The notes: generated by a model not told the origin, from the sequence alone. Positions 1 through 9,943 are shown, numbered from the stretch's first letter. The stretch is DNA of 27,777 nucleotides from Calditrichia bacterium (GCA_037381445.1 JARRQT010000017.1:23360-51136); one strand, 5' to 3'. A program made the numbers and translations.

Positions 1-870
1 GCGGTAAAAGAGGTCTCCCTGCAGGTAAAGGAAGGAGAACTATTCGGCCTTATCGGTCCGGACGGGGCAGGCAAAACCACACTGATGCGTTCGGTCTGCA
101 CCCTGCTGAAATCAACGTCCGGAACAATCTCCGTGCTGGGCCACGACACGGCAAAAGAGGTGGTTTACATCCGCAGCATTTTGGGGTATATGCCGCAACG
201 TTTTTCATTGTATCAAGACCTCTCAGTGGAACAGAACCTGCGCTTTTTCGCCAATATTTTCAAGGTCCCGGAAGAGGAGCGGAATAAGCGGATATCCCAG
301 CTTTACCATTTCTCACGGCTGGGCCCCTTCAAGAAGCGGAAGGCCGGCGACCTTTCCGGCGGAATGAAGCAGAAGCTGGCCCTTTCCTGCGCCCTTATCC
401 ACACGCCGCAGCTCCTGATTCTGGACGAGCCCACCTTTGGCGTGGATCCGGTTTCCCGGCAGGAATTCTGGGAAATTCTCAACTCCATTCGCGAAGAGGG
501 AACCACAATTCTGGTTTCCACCGCATATATGGATGAAGCCGACCTGTGCGACCGGGTGGCCCTGATGTATAAAGGGGAAATTGTGGCGAAAGGGACACCG
601 CAGGAAATCCGGGACCGCTATTCATTTCTGCTCTACCGGCTCACCGGAAAGAATACCAGAAAATTGCGCGATTTTTTCAGTAGTCTGCCGCAGGTGCACA
701 CCACCCAGCTTTTCGGTGATGCGGTGCACATCAGCTTCAAAAAAGGCCCTTTACAGACGGACTGGAAAAAGTGGCAGGAGGAGACCGCTGGCAATCTGGA
801 GGATTGGAAGAAGCAGCCGCCCAGCATCGAAGACGTGTTCATGGAGCTATCCGCCGGGGAGGAAGCATGA
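1..870 (+). CDS. ABC-2 exporter ATP-binding protein, 5'-truncated by the window (like the N-terminal half of YbhF)
   Basis: Frame is open from base 1 (AVKEVSLQVKEGELFGLIGPDGAGKTTLM). Walker A GPDGAGKT, signature LSGGMKQK, Walker B LLILDEPT. Confidence 0.95.
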   Translation, partial: AVKEVSLQVKEGELFGLIGPDGAGKTTLMRSVCTLLKSTSGTISVLGHDTAKEVVYIRSILGYMPQRFSLYQDLSVEQNLRFFANIFKVPEEERNKRISQLYHFSRLGPFKKRKAGDLSGGMKQKLALSCALIHTPQLLILDEPTFGVDPVSRQEFWEILNSIREEGTTILVSTAYMDEADLCDRVALMYKGEIVAKGTPQEIRDRYSFLLYRLTGKNTRKLRDFFSSLPQVHTTQLFGDAVHISFKKGPLQTDWKKWQEETAGNLEDWKKQPPSIEDVFMELSAGEEA

Positions 871-1640
871 GCCTGGAAATCGCCGTCAGAACGGAAAATC
901 TCACCCGTCGATTTGGTGATTTTACGGCCGTTGACCGGGTCAGCATCGAGGTCCAAAAAGGGGAAATATTCGGATTTTTGGGGGCAAACGGCGCCGGGAA
1001 AACCACCATGATCCGCATGCTCTGCGGACTGCTGACCCCTTCCGAAGGCGAAGGAAGCGTTGCCGGATATGATGTCTACCGGGAAACGGAAAAGATCAAG
1101 CAGAATATCGGTTATATGAGTCAGAAGTTTTCATTGTATGAAGATTTGACAATCGGTGAGAACATTGAATTTTACGGCGGCATATATGGATTGAATCCCA
1201 AAGAAATCAGGCAGAAAAAGCAGGAGATTTTCGAGGATCTGAAACTGGAGCCCTGGGCAGGCTCCCTCACCCGCGATCTGCCGCTGGGTTTCAAACAGCG
1301 ACTGGCGCTCGGTTCTGCCATGCTGCATAATCCTCCCATTCTTTTTCTGGACGAGCCAACCTCCGGCGTGGATCCGGCTGCCCGCCGCGCTTTCTGGGAT
1401 CTGATCTATCAAACAGCGGCCCATGGAACTACCATTTTCGTTACCACTCATTTTATGGATGAAGCTGAATACTGCAACCGTATTTCCATTATGAGCATGG
1501 GAAGGGTGATTGCGCTGGATTCGCCGCACAACCTCAAGCAGCGCTATAATCAGCCCACCATTCAAAAGGTGTTCATTGATATTTTGAAAAGAGAAGAGGA
1601 GAAGCAGCAGGGTTCCGACGCAGCGGATCAAATTAACTGA
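867..1640 (+). CDS. ABC-2 exporter ATP-binding protein (like the C-terminal half of YbhF)
   Basis: ATG at 867 overlaps the previous stop (ATGA) and follows GGAGG. Walker A GANGAGKT, variant signature LPLGFKQR, Walker B ILFLDEPT, H-loop TTH. Confidence 0.95.
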   Translation: MSLEIAVRTENLTRRFGDFTAVDRVSIEVQKGEIFGFLGANGAGKTTMIRMLCGLLTPSEGEGSVAGYDVYRETEKIKQNIGYMSQKFSLYEDLTIGENIEFYGGIYGLNPKEIRQKKQEIFEDLKLEPWAGSLTRDLPLGFKQRLALGSAMLHNPPILFLDEPTSGVDPAARRAFWDLIYQTAAHGTTIFVTTHFMDEAEYCNRISIMSMGRVIALDSPHNLKQRYNQPTIQKVFIDILKREEEKQQGSDAADQIN

Positions 1641-1663
1641 ATAAAGATTTTAAGGCAGACAGA

Positions 1664-2785
1664 ATGACCATGAACTTTAAAGACAGCATGATTCCCACAA
1701 TTGCCCGCAAAGAATTTCTGCACATCATCCATGATCCGAGGACCCTCATGATTCTCTTTCTAATGCCGGTTCTGCAATTGATCATGTTTGGGTATGCCTT
1801 GAGGCTGGAAATCCAGAATGTGCACATCGCCGTGATAGACTATTCCAAATCCAAAGACTCCCGCGAACTGATTGATCAATTTAAAGGCAGCGCTTTCTTT
1901 CACCCCTTTTTCTTTGATGGACCTGTCGATAAAATAAACGATCTGTTCAAAGCCCGGAAGGCCAGGGTTGCATTGATCATTCCGCAGGATTTCGACAAAC
2001 AACTTCTGCGCGACACCGCCGTTCCCCTGCAATTTATCATCGATGCCTCGGACGCCAATGCCGCCACAGCAATCCGCAACTACTGCAGCCGGGTCGTCAA
2101 TGATTTCAATGTGAGCTACAACAGGAAAATTCCCCTGCCATTCGATATCCGCAGCTCCGTTCTTTTCAACCCGGATACCAAAAGCACCTATTTCTTTGTG
2201 CCGGGACTGGTTGCCCTGCTCCTGATCATGATATCCGCACTGCTCACCAGTATTACCATCACCCGCGAAAAAGAAACCGGTACCATGGAGCAAATCCTGG
2301 TCTCGCCGGTGCGGCCGTTTCAGATAATTCTGGGAAAGGTGCTCCCCTATATTTTCCTGGCCTTTATTATCGGAATTATCATTCTGCTCATTGGCATTTT
2401 CCTGTTCAGCGTTCCTTTTGAAGGGAGCGTTTGGCTGCTGATGCTGCTTTCCACTCTTTACATCATCACCGCGCTGAGCCTGGGATTGATGATCTCCACC
2501 ATTGCGAAAACCCAGCAGATTGCCATGATGATCGCCCTCATCACCACCCTGCTGCCAACCATCATGCTGTCCGGATTCATTTTCCCCATCGCTTCGATGC
2601 CGAAGGTCCTGCAATACATTTCCTATATCATACCGGCCCGTTTTTACCTGCTGATCGTACGGGGAATCATTCTTAAGGGGAGCACCTTCATGGAACTCCT
2701 GCAGCCCACTCTTTTCCTTGCCGGAATGTCATTCATTCTGCTGAATGTGGCAGTCCGAAAATTCAGCACCAATCTGGAGAAGTAG
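1664..2785 (+). CDS. ABC-2 type permease (YbhS-like); the start may be at 1670 or 1688
   Basis: RKEFLHIIHDPRTL N-terminus, a large extracytoplasmic loop, REKETGTMEQILVSP motif and about 6 hydrophobic segments. Confidence 0.93.
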   Translation: MTMNFKDSMIPTIARKEFLHIIHDPRTLMILFLMPVLQLIMFGYALRLEIQNVHIAVIDYSKSKDSRELIDQFKGSAFFHPFFFDGPVDKINDLFKARKARVALIIPQDFDKQLLRDTAVPLQFIIDASDANAATAIRNYCSRVVNDFNVSYNRKIPLPFDIRSSVLFNPDTKSTYFFVPGLVALLLIMISALLTSITITREKETGTMEQILVSPVRPFQIILGKVLPYIFLAFIIGIIILLIGIFLFSVPFEGSVWLLMLLSTLYIITALSLGLMISTIAKTQQIAMMIALITTLLPTIMLSGFIFPIASMPKVLQYISYIIPARFYLLIVRGIILKGSTFMELLQPTLFLAGMSFILLNVAVRKFSTNLEK

Positions 2786-2786
2786 C

Positions 2787-3911
2787 ATGCAACGAATTAT
2801 CCACATGATCCGCAAAGAATTCCGGCAGATCTTCCGGGACAAACCCATGGTCGTTATTATATTCATTGCGCCGCTGATCCAGCTTTTTGTGCTTTCCTAT
2901 GCGATTACGACCAATGTTACACATATCAAACTGACCATCGCAGACTTTGACCGAAGCGCAGTCAGCCGGTCCATCATCCGCGATTTCAGTCATACGGAGA
3001 GATTTGATCTGATTGGATATACCAGCGACATCCGGCAAATCGGTCAGGAAATGAGGGCCTGGAAAACCCAGTTTGCCCTGGTGATTCCCGAGAACTTCAG
3101 CAAAAACCTGAAGCGCAAACTGGAACCGCAAATCCAGGCGGTAGTGGATGGCGTTGACGGCAATACTGCCGGCGTGGCGCTGGGATACGCGCAGGAGATT
3201 TTGAGCCGGTATGGCGCATCAGTCATGACAAATCCCGGGAACAGTTCGCGAAACAGCAAAAGGATGCACCTGGTGACGATGCTGGACAGAATGTGGTATA
3301 ATCTCAACCTGGACAGCAAAGAATACATGGTCCCCGGAATTGTCGTCATCCTGCTGACCATTATCCCCATGATGCTCTCCGCCATGAGCCTGGTCAAAGA
3401 GAAGGAAATCGGCACCCTGGAGCAGCTTATGGTGACCCCTCTGCGCAAACACCAATTGCTCATCGGGAAAATTATTCCGTTCCTTATTTTATCCTACGTC
3501 GAGATGGCGGTGGTCATGAATGTCGCGATTCTCTTCTTTCATATTACCATGAACGGCAGCTTCATTCTACTGGCTTTCCTGTCATTTCTCTATCTGTTGA
3601 CAACAATTGGTCTGGGAATTTTCATATCCACCTTCACCAACACCCAGCAGCAGGCCATGTTCGTGGCCTGGTTTTTCATGGTGTTCATGATACTGATGAG
3701 CGGATTTTTCATCCCCATCGATAATATGCCGCAGTTTTTGAAAGCCCTCACCTATCTGAATCCAATGCGCTATTTCATGTATATCATCCGGGACATTTTT
3801 GAAAAAGGGGCCGGCTTGCATTATTTATGGAAAGATGCGGTTCCCATGACAGTTTTCGGATTGCTGATTATTACCATGGGAGTGCTCAAATTCAGGAAGC
3901 GGATCGGCTGA
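2787..3911 (+). CDS. ABC-2 type permease (YbhR-like)
   Basis: ATG at 2787 follows GGAG, 1 nt after the previous stop. RKEFRQIFRD and KEKEIGTLEQLMVTP motifs. Confidence 0.93.
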   Translation: MQRIIHMIRKEFRQIFRDKPMVVIIFIAPLIQLFVLSYAITTNVTHIKLTIADFDRSAVSRSIIRDFSHTERFDLIGYTSDIRQIGQEMRAWKTQFALVIPENFSKNLKRKLEPQIQAVVDGVDGNTAGVALGYAQEILSRYGASVMTNPGNSSRNSKRMHLVTMLDRMWYNLNLDSKEYMVPGIVVILLTIIPMMLSAMSLVKEKEIGTLEQLMVTPLRKHQLLIGKIIPFLILSYVEMAVVMNVAILFFHITMNGSFILLAFLSFLYLLTTIGLGIFISTFTNTQQQAMFVAWFFMVFMILMSGFFIPIDNMPQFLKALTYLNPMRYFMYIIRDIFEKGAGLHYLWKDAVPMTVFGLLIITMGVLKFRKRIG

Positions 3912-3966
3912 GGAATTGCAGCCAACGCATTTTTGAGGAAAATTTTCAAATTTTTATGATTTGAGA

Positions 3967-6333
3967 TTACTGGAGCGATTCTTCTTGTCCGTCATTCTCC
4001 CGGGAGCTCCGCCGACTGATGGCGGCCTGTTTCCGCCAGTTCACCCGGCACAGGGGCAGATACTTACAAACCCTGCCATTCCAGCCCCGGCATTGCGATT
4101 CATCCATGGTATGAGGAAATTTTCCGGAGCGGATATTCCGGATGTAACCGGCTGCGAATTCCAGACTTCGTTCAAGAAATTCTTCCAGGCTGACGGGAAC
4201 ATCGTCGACGGCATATTTGTCATTAGGCAGAATGACTGACTTTCCTGCCTCGGTGCTGCCCACTGAAAGCCGGCTGTCCAGAAAAGCAATTTTTTTCCGG
4301 ATATCCTGTTCTCTTTTCAGGGAATAGTAGGCGCCGCCCGCCATGTCCAGAACAGGGTATTGATCCTTCAAAAGATCGAACACAGCTTTGAGGTATATGG
4401 GGAGTTGCAGGTTCTGACCTTCCCATATACTGCTTGTATTGGGGGCTGTCCCGGTTTTGTAATCCACCACCAGCAGCGCGCCGCCATCGGAAATCTCCAC
4501 CCTGTCTATTTTCCCCTTGAAATAAAATTTTTCGCCGTCCTGCTCCCAAAGAAACGGTTCTGTGGTCGATACCGGATCAGCATCTTCCTCCAATTCCCGG
4601 GTATTTCCGAAAGACAATTCAAAGTGCTTCGGGGCGGTGGAATACTGACCGGCTATTTCCTGTTCATATTCCCAGAAGGCGGGGAACAGTCCGCGGTGGC
4701 GGGAGCTTCCTAGGTAAAATTCTTTCTGCAGCTGCCATAAAATGCTCTGCGTCACCGGTATCCTCTCCAGCTCTTCTTCAGCAATGGCAAGCAATCGGGA
4801 CAAGTCCCGCCGCTCCGCTGCATTTTCCCGGTAAAACCTGAACAAAATATTATGAACGGTGATCCCCTTGTCCAGGGGTGTGAGCAGCTCATCCGCCTCC
4901 TCTTCGGGTTCCAGATGCAGAATCCGCTTAAAAAAATAAATAACGGGACAGCGGGCATATTCTTCCAGCTGCGTGATGGAAAATCGCCGGGATTTGTAAA
5001 CAGCATCCAGCCAGCGGGATGTCACTTCATCCCCTTCAAGCATTCCCTCCCATTGCGAATTATCATCCGTAATTTCCCGGCGCCTCTCAACCGATTTCAG
5101 GAAATTGAACTGCGCTATGGCATCTTTGTCGAGTATGCTTTGCAGGTTTCCAGACAAGCCGGTTGACTCAAATCTTTTCAAATCCGCATTCCTGTCGAAG
5201 CGGATGATTTTTGTCAGAATATCTGCAGCGGTATATAATCGGGTATCCCGTCTCGCGGAGAGCTTCCCTTCCGAAATTCTCTCGATCTCCCTCAAAAAAG
5301 CGGACGGCAAAACCGGATTGTCCTGATGATAGCGGGGACTAGAAAACTGAATAATTTCCGTATCAGACTGCAGAATTTTCAGAAATAACTCTCGGTCACG
5401 GTAAATTGTCTCATCCGGTAGGAAAGGTTTTAGTTCCCGGGCGATGGTCTGGGGATGAGTGAAGCCCGGCGAACCCTTGCCGGGAAAGACCCCGTCTTTC
5501 ATTCCCAATACAAAAATCGCTTTTGATTTTCGCGTTGGCAGATTTTTAAGGGGAGTTATCTGAACGCCGAAATTTTGCGGTCTCCTGAGGCGGTATGACG
5601 CCGATCCCAGCATCAGCTCCAAGATGTTACTGAGTTCTCGGACATCGAACCTCCTACCGGGATAGTACTCACGGATGATTGTCTTCCAGTTATTAAGGGC
5701 ATCAAGAAACGAGCGCAGTGCAGCAAGATTTTCTTCCATCCAGGCACCGTCTCTCTCACCGGACTCTCTCTGAATCCTCCGGGTTATCTGGTGGACGGCG
5801 ATAAAATCAGACCAGAATTGGTAGATGCTGTCGGCGCTTTGCGGCTGCTCAAAAAATTCTGCCTGACGGAAAAGCTGCGTGATGTTTTGGATAAGCGAAT
5901 CGTACCTTTTTGCCCCGGTTTCATCCGGTTCATTGTTATGTACGGAGCTGGCATAGAAGGCCTTCTCCCTTTTCAGCAATTCCAAAATTTCCTTTTTACC
6001 GCCCCGGGCACGAAGACTGTTTAAAATATTTTTATATTTTGTGTCTTTCAGCGACTCATTGTAATTAAAAAAGGGCGATTGCAGGATTTTCCGCACAGTC
6101 AGCAAAGAATAGTCTTCCGGCACGAGTTCCGGAATCAGCAAAAAGTGTTGAATCACCAGCGTCTGATCAATGAAGCGGACTTCATTAAAAGTGAAAGGAA
6201 TTTTATAGCGCCGGAAAACCGCCTCCAATAAACTGCGATATGCGGGCAGGACCGGTGAACTCACTCCGATGTCGCTGAACCGCCAGTTTTTATTCGCAAC
6301 AATTTTCCGGATTTCTCCTGCCAGGCTTTCCAT
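3967..6333 (-). CDS. C-terminal fragment of the AddB-like protein, with PD-(D/E)xK nuclease and Fe-S cysteines
   Basis: FSITQLEEYARCP, KGITVHNIL, HFELSFG, GKIDRVE, DYKTG, QLPIY, C-x7-C-x5-C. The AIFVLGMKDGVFP motif resembles the UvrD C-terminal domain. Confidence 0.7.
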   Translation of the reverse strand: MESLAGEIRKIVANKNWRFSDIGVSSPVLPAYRSLLEAVFRRYKIPFTFNEVRFIDQTLVIQHFLLIPELVPEDYSLLTVRKILQSPFFNYNESLKDTKYKNILNSLRARGGKKEILELLKREKAFYASSVHNNEPDETGAKRYDSLIQNITQLFRQAEFFEQPQSADSIYQFWSDFIAVHQITRRIQRESGERDGAWMEENLAALRSFLDALNNWKTIIREYYPGRRFDVRELSNILELMLGSASYRLRRPQNFGVQITPLKNLPTRKSKAIFVLGMKDGVFPGKGSPGFTHPQTIARELKPFLPDETIYRDRELFLKILQSDTEIIQFSSPRYHQDNPVLPSAFLREIERISEGKLSARRDTRLYTAADILTKIIRFDRNADLKRFESTGLSGNLQSILDKDAIAQFNFLKSVERRREITDDNSQWEGMLEGDEVTSRWLDAVYKSRRFSITQLEEYARCPVIYFFKRILHLEPEEEADELLTPLDKGITVHNILFRFYRENAAERRDLSRLLAIAEEELERIPVTQSILWQLQKEFYLGSSRHRGLFPAFWEYEQEIAGQYSTAPKHFELSFGNTRELEEDADPVSTTEPFLWEQDGEKFYFKGKIDRVEISDGGALLVVDYKTGTAPNTSSIWEGQNLQLPIYLKAVFDLLKDQYPVLDMAGGAYYSLKREQDIRKKIAFLDSRLSVGSTEAGKSVILPNDKYAVDDVPVSLEEFLERSLEFAAGYIRNIRSGKFPHTMDESQCRGWNGRVCKYLPLCRVNWRKQAAISRRSSRENDGQEESLQ

Positions 6334-7271
6334 TTCCCGCAGGGGATCAACCGGTTTTGTGATGCCAGGCTTTCCATTTCCCGCAGGGGATCAACCGGTT
6401 TTGTGATGGAAATCCTGTCTCTTATTTCTAGCGTCTGAGCCTCTATGTTGAACAGGGAGTCGCTTAATCCGTCGCTGTCCGGAAACGGGGCTGTTGCATC
6501 TGCGATTTTTTTCAGTTTCTCAAACAGCGATTCTTTCGCCTGAAATATTTCAGGATTGGTGCCATACGGAAAAAGGAGTAACACATTCATGCCGATTTCG
6601 CTTAATTTCCGCACCAGCAGCAGATGACTTTCTTTGAAAAATGAGACATCCTCCCAGATAATTGTCTGCAGTCCGGGGAAAAAGTTCAGAAAAAAAGGCT
6701 GCGAAATTTTTTTGGTCAAACGGCGGAGGAGTTCGGCCTCGTCAAGTAAATGTCCGCTCACAATTTTCCGGTAGTCCGCGAAAAGAACAGACAAATCCTT
6801 CTCCAGCCTGTCTGCCGGCGTGAGGGGCAATCGGCTCGGATGATGAGACAGGATTTTATCGTCGGCATTATTCAGACGCACCTCATCAAAAAACTGCAGC
6901 AGGCTTCCGATCATCCCGTTTGGGATCTGCTGGTCCGGGTAATCGAAATATCCGAAATCATTCTTCTTTTGGGCCGCTATCTCCTGCAGGATAACCGCTT
7001 GCTGAACAGAGTCCGCTTGCCTGGCCGGAATATTGGATTTTTCAAATAGCCGGTTCAGGAAATTTGAATAAGTCAGAAAAGGAAAATCCGAAGCAATGTC
7101 GCCGGATTTCTTTAAAAAATATTCCTTTTTCAACTCCATCACCCTTGCGTTGTCCGAAGCCAGATAAAGACAGCTGCCGTCCTGACGGATCAGTTCAGAA
7201 TGATCTTTGAAAAAATTCTTTATGAGGTGGGACAGGTTCGCCCCATACTGTAATTCGATTTGGCCAGTCAT
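6261..7271 (-). CDS. N-terminal fragment of the AddB-like protein (inactive helicase-like region)
   Basis: 336-aa ORF with no recognisable Walker A. It leaves the native frame inside the duplication after ...DPLREMESLA. Confidence 0.6.
   Translation of the reverse strand: MTGQIELQYGANLSHLIKNFFKDHSELIRQDGSCLYLASDNARVMELKKEYFLKKSGDIASDFPFLTYSNFLNRLFEKSNIPARQADSVQQAVILQEIAAQKKNDFGYFDYPDQQIPNGMIGSLLQFFDEVRLNNADDKILSHHPSRLPLTPADRLEKDLSVLFADYRKIVSGHLLDEAELLRRLTKKISQPFFLNFFPGLQTIIWEDVSFFKESHLLLVRKLSEIGMNVLLLFPYGTNPEIFQAKESLFEKLKKIADATAPFPDSDGLSDSLFNIEAQTLEIRDRISITKPVDPLREMESLASQNRLIPCGKWKAWQEKSGKLLRIKTGGSATSE
6319..6408. repeat. Exact 44-bp tandem duplication
   Basis: tgccaggctttccatttcccgcaggggatcaaccggttttgtga at 6319-6362 and 6363-6406, followed by a further 'tg'. 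Confidence 0.97.
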
Positions 7272-7428
7272 GAAATCCCCGTTTTATAGGATTGCATAAA
7301 TATAGAAAATTGTGGCGGCTTTGGCAAGGCAACAAATCCGCAGAAAACATAAAAGCTCCATCTCATTAAAGTACTTGCTTTATCTGCTGTTTATTAACAT
7401 TTTTTATGAAACAAATTTACGGAAGAAT

Positions 7429-8628
7429 ATGACCCCATTCCTGGGACTGCTGCTAATTCTGATCATTACTTTCATCGGCGCCCGTTTTTTCAGCCACAGT
7501 GCGGTTTTAAAATCCCCATTGTTTTCCGGCCTGGTGGTCAGCGGGATTCCCTACATCCTGGTGGGCGTTCTGCTGGGACCACGGTTTTTTAATTTCCTGA
7601 ATACTGAAATCATCGACAGCCTCAGGCCCCTCATAAGCCTGGCATTGGGCTGGATCGGCCTGCTTTTCGGAATCCAGCTACGCTGGCGCAACCTTCAGCG
7701 TTTCCCCAGAAATTACCTGCTCTTTACCTCCGTCCAAAGCCTGATTACCTTTGTAATCATATTCATCACGATGACTGCAGTCTTTTTCATATTGATTCCC
7801 TCCCCCTTCCATAATTTGTGGGAAGCGGTCTTTATTCTCGCGGCGCTCGGATCCGTTACCGCACCGCTGACCATATCACGCATTCTCATCGATAAAAGGG
7901 TCAAAGGAAGGTTGTCACATTTGATTCAGTTCATTGCCAGCCTGGACAGTTTTTGGGGCATCACCATTGCCGGATTGGCCATGGCCGTATTTCATCAGCC
8001 TGCGCTGCGGTGGTTTACCAGTTTCTGGGAATGGATTTTGCTCACAATTGCAATCAGCATTTTTTTGGGTGTCATTTTCAGATATCTTATTCAATTGCGG
8101 TTTCTTTCCGACGAAGTTTTTCTGCTGGTTTTCGGATTGCTCATCTTTGCCAGCGGAATCGGATTTTATCTCAGGCTTTCGCCCATCTTCATTGCCATGA
8201 TCATCGGAATTACCTTGGCTCAGTTTCCCCGCGAATCCGAGAAAGTGATGCGGGTGCTTCACCAGGCTGAAAAACCCATTTATCTTTTCCTGCTCATTTT
8301 TGCCGGCTCTTTATGGAATTACAGGTTCTGGGAAGAAATCATACTGATACTCTTTTTTATTGCCTCCAGATTTGCGGGCAAACAGATAGGGGGCCTTTTC
8401 AGCGCCCGTTATATTAATTGCGCTTTTCCCATCCCCTCTGATATTGGTAAGGCGACGCTTTCCTTCGGGGGCGTTTCGCTGGCCATCGCATTCAATTTTC
8501 AGCTTTTTTACGGGGGGGCAACTGGCGACTTTTTGATGAGCGCCACCATATTGGCGATATTTATCTTTGATGAGTACACCGCTCTCGGCACCCTGAATAT
8601 TCTGAGACGGCAAGGGGAAATCCGATGA
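7429..8628 (+). CDS. Cation:proton antiporter (CPA/Na_H_Exchanger fold) family protein
   Basis: About 12 hydrophobic segments. YILVGVLLGP, LALGWIGLLFG and RFAGK motifs. ATG 7429 is preferred over the GTG at 7312. Confidence 0.8.
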   Translation: MTPFLGLLLILIITFIGARFFSHSAVLKSPLFSGLVVSGIPYILVGVLLGPRFFNFLNTEIIDSLRPLISLALGWIGLLFGIQLRWRNLQRFPRNYLLFTSVQSLITFVIIFITMTAVFFILIPSPFHNLWEAVFILAALGSVTAPLTISRILIDKRVKGRLSHLIQFIASLDSFWGITIAGLAMAVFHQPALRWFTSFWEWILLTIAISIFLGVIFRYLIQLRFLSDEVFLLVFGLLIFASGIGFYLRLSPIFIAMIIGITLAQFPRESEKVMRVLHQAEKPIYLFLLIFAGSLWNYRFWEEIILILFFIASRFAGKQIGGLFSARYINCAFPIPSDIGKATLSFGGVSLAIAFNFQLFYGGATGDFLMSATILAIFIFDEYTALGTLNILRRQGEIR

Positions 8629-9935
8629 TGAGGCGATTACTCACCGTTATCCTGCTTCTGATTGCCTTGATGGCTTTTCTTACCCACATTAAGTTTGCCG
8701 GGGAAGATCATCTCATGTCCGCAAGCATGATGGCGCTGGGATTTACCCTCATTGCCGCCTATCTCATTGGCAAAACGGTAATGCGCCTCCAGCTTCCCAA
8801 AATTACAGGATATATCCTTGCCGGCATACTGGCCGGACCCTACGTCACCGATCTGCTTTCGGTGCCGGTGGTCCGCAATCTCCAGCTAATCGACAATATT
8901 GCCCTGTCCCTGATTGCCCTGACCGCAGGAGGAGAGTTCAGATATAAAACCATAAAAAAACAGATGAAGACCATTGGAAGCACCATACTCTGGCAGGTCA
9001 TCATTGTCTTGCTGACGTTCGTGATTTTCATCTTTTTGTATCAAAACCATATTTCCTTTCTGGCCCACAAACCTTTAAATGTGGTACTCGGTGTCGCATT
9101 AATTTTTGGCTCTCTTGCCATTGCAAAATCACCGGCCACCACCATTGCGATCATCACAGAAAGCCGCGCCAAAGGAAAATTCACGGATTTTGTATTGGGG
9201 GTCACGGTTTTCAAAGATATTGTGGTTGTTCTGGTTTTCTCGATTGTAATATCTTTTGCAAAGCCCATGATACTTCCCGAAACGCCTTTGCACTTCACTT
9301 ACCTGTTTAATGTCTTTCTGGAAATCATCCTGTCAATTATCGTAGGCTTTGCTGCAGGTTTATTAATTTTATTTTATTTGAAGTATGTCGGAAAACAGAC
9401 AGTTCTGTTTTTATTGGGATTTATTCTGCTGGGTATTGAATTGTCGCGCATGTTTCATCTGGAAGTTATTCTCCTGTTCATGGTTGCCGGTTTTTTTGTT
9501 CAGAATTTCAGCAACGCCGGCGGCAAACTGATTTCCGCCATCGAAGGCGGCTCATTACCCATATTCGTCATCTTTTTTGCGATTGCCGGTGCATCTCTCA
9601 ATTTTCCGGTCTTCCTGGAAAACTGGTTTCTCGCGGTGCTTATTGTGGGATTGAGAATGCTCTCCACCTATGAAGGAACCTATATCGGGGCCCGTTTAAC
9701 AGGCGGGAGCAGGGAAGTTCAAAATTACGGCTGGATGGGTTTTATCGGCCAGGCGGGTCTCACGCTGGGTCTGGCCGTGCTGGTCAAACAAAATTTGCCC
9801 GGCATCATCGGTGAAAGCATCGCCACTCTGATTATTGCCTCCATCGCCATTAACCAGATTGTGGGACCAGTGATGTTCCGGTATTCTCTGGTAAAGGTCG
9901 GCGAAACCGGCGTCAATCGACGGCGCTCTGCTTGA
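8625..9935 (+). CDS. Cation:proton antiporter (CPA/Na_H_Exchanger fold) family protein
   Basis: LPKITGYILAGILAGP, AKSPATT, FFAIAGASL, QAGLTLGLA and NQIVGP motifs. ATGA overlap with the upstream antiporter. Confidence 0.88.
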   Translation: MMRRLLTVILLLIALMAFLTHIKFAGEDHLMSASMMALGFTLIAAYLIGKTVMRLQLPKITGYILAGILAGPYVTDLLSVPVVRNLQLIDNIALSLIALTAGGEFRYKTIKKQMKTIGSTILWQVIIVLLTFVIFIFLYQNHISFLAHKPLNVVLGVALIFGSLAIAKSPATTIAIITESRAKGKFTDFVLGVTVFKDIVVVLVFSIVISFAKPMILPETPLHFTYLFNVFLEIILSIIVGFAAGLLILFYLKYVGKQTVLFLLGFILLGIELSRMFHLEVILLFMVAGFFVQNFSNAGGKLISAIEGGSLPIFVIFFAIAGASLNFPVFLENWFLAVLIVGLRMLSTYEGTYIGARLTGGSREVQNYGWMGFIGQAGLTLGLAVLVKQNLPGIIGESIATLIIASIAINQIVGPVMFRYSLVKVGETGVNRRRSA

Positions 9936-9943
9936 TTCCGACA

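Larger units (their letters stand above)
3967..7271 (-). pseudogene. addB: AddB/RexB-like helicase-nuclease subunit gene, frameshifted by a 44-bp tandem duplication (reconstructed 1086 aa)
   Basis: ORFs 6261-7271 and 3967-6333 join in frame when one 44-bp copy is removed (3305-44=3261 nt). The C-terminus has RecB-family nuclease motifs (GKIDRVE...VVDYKTG, QLPIY) and four Cys bracketing the nuclease domain. Confidence 0.8.

Noticed and set aside
1..1640. Two separate NBD genes, one with an LPLG signature
   Set aside because: This matches the two halves of YbhF-type exporters. The ATGA coupling has its own RBS, so it is not a frameshift or a novelty.
1760..2614. 284-aa ORF antisense to the ABC permease
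   Set aside because: Its polar Q/D/H composition is what the reverse complement of hydrophobic codons produces.
6319..6408. 44-bp repeat considered as a CRISPR repeat or IS target duplication
   Set aside because: Only two directly adjacent copies, with no spacer, cas gene or transposase.
7312..7428. Upstream extension of the first antiporter ORF (also the extensions at 771, 2745, 11125 and 15344)
   Set aside because: These lie in promoter or overlap regions. The downstream ATGs fit RBS position and/or family N-termini better.
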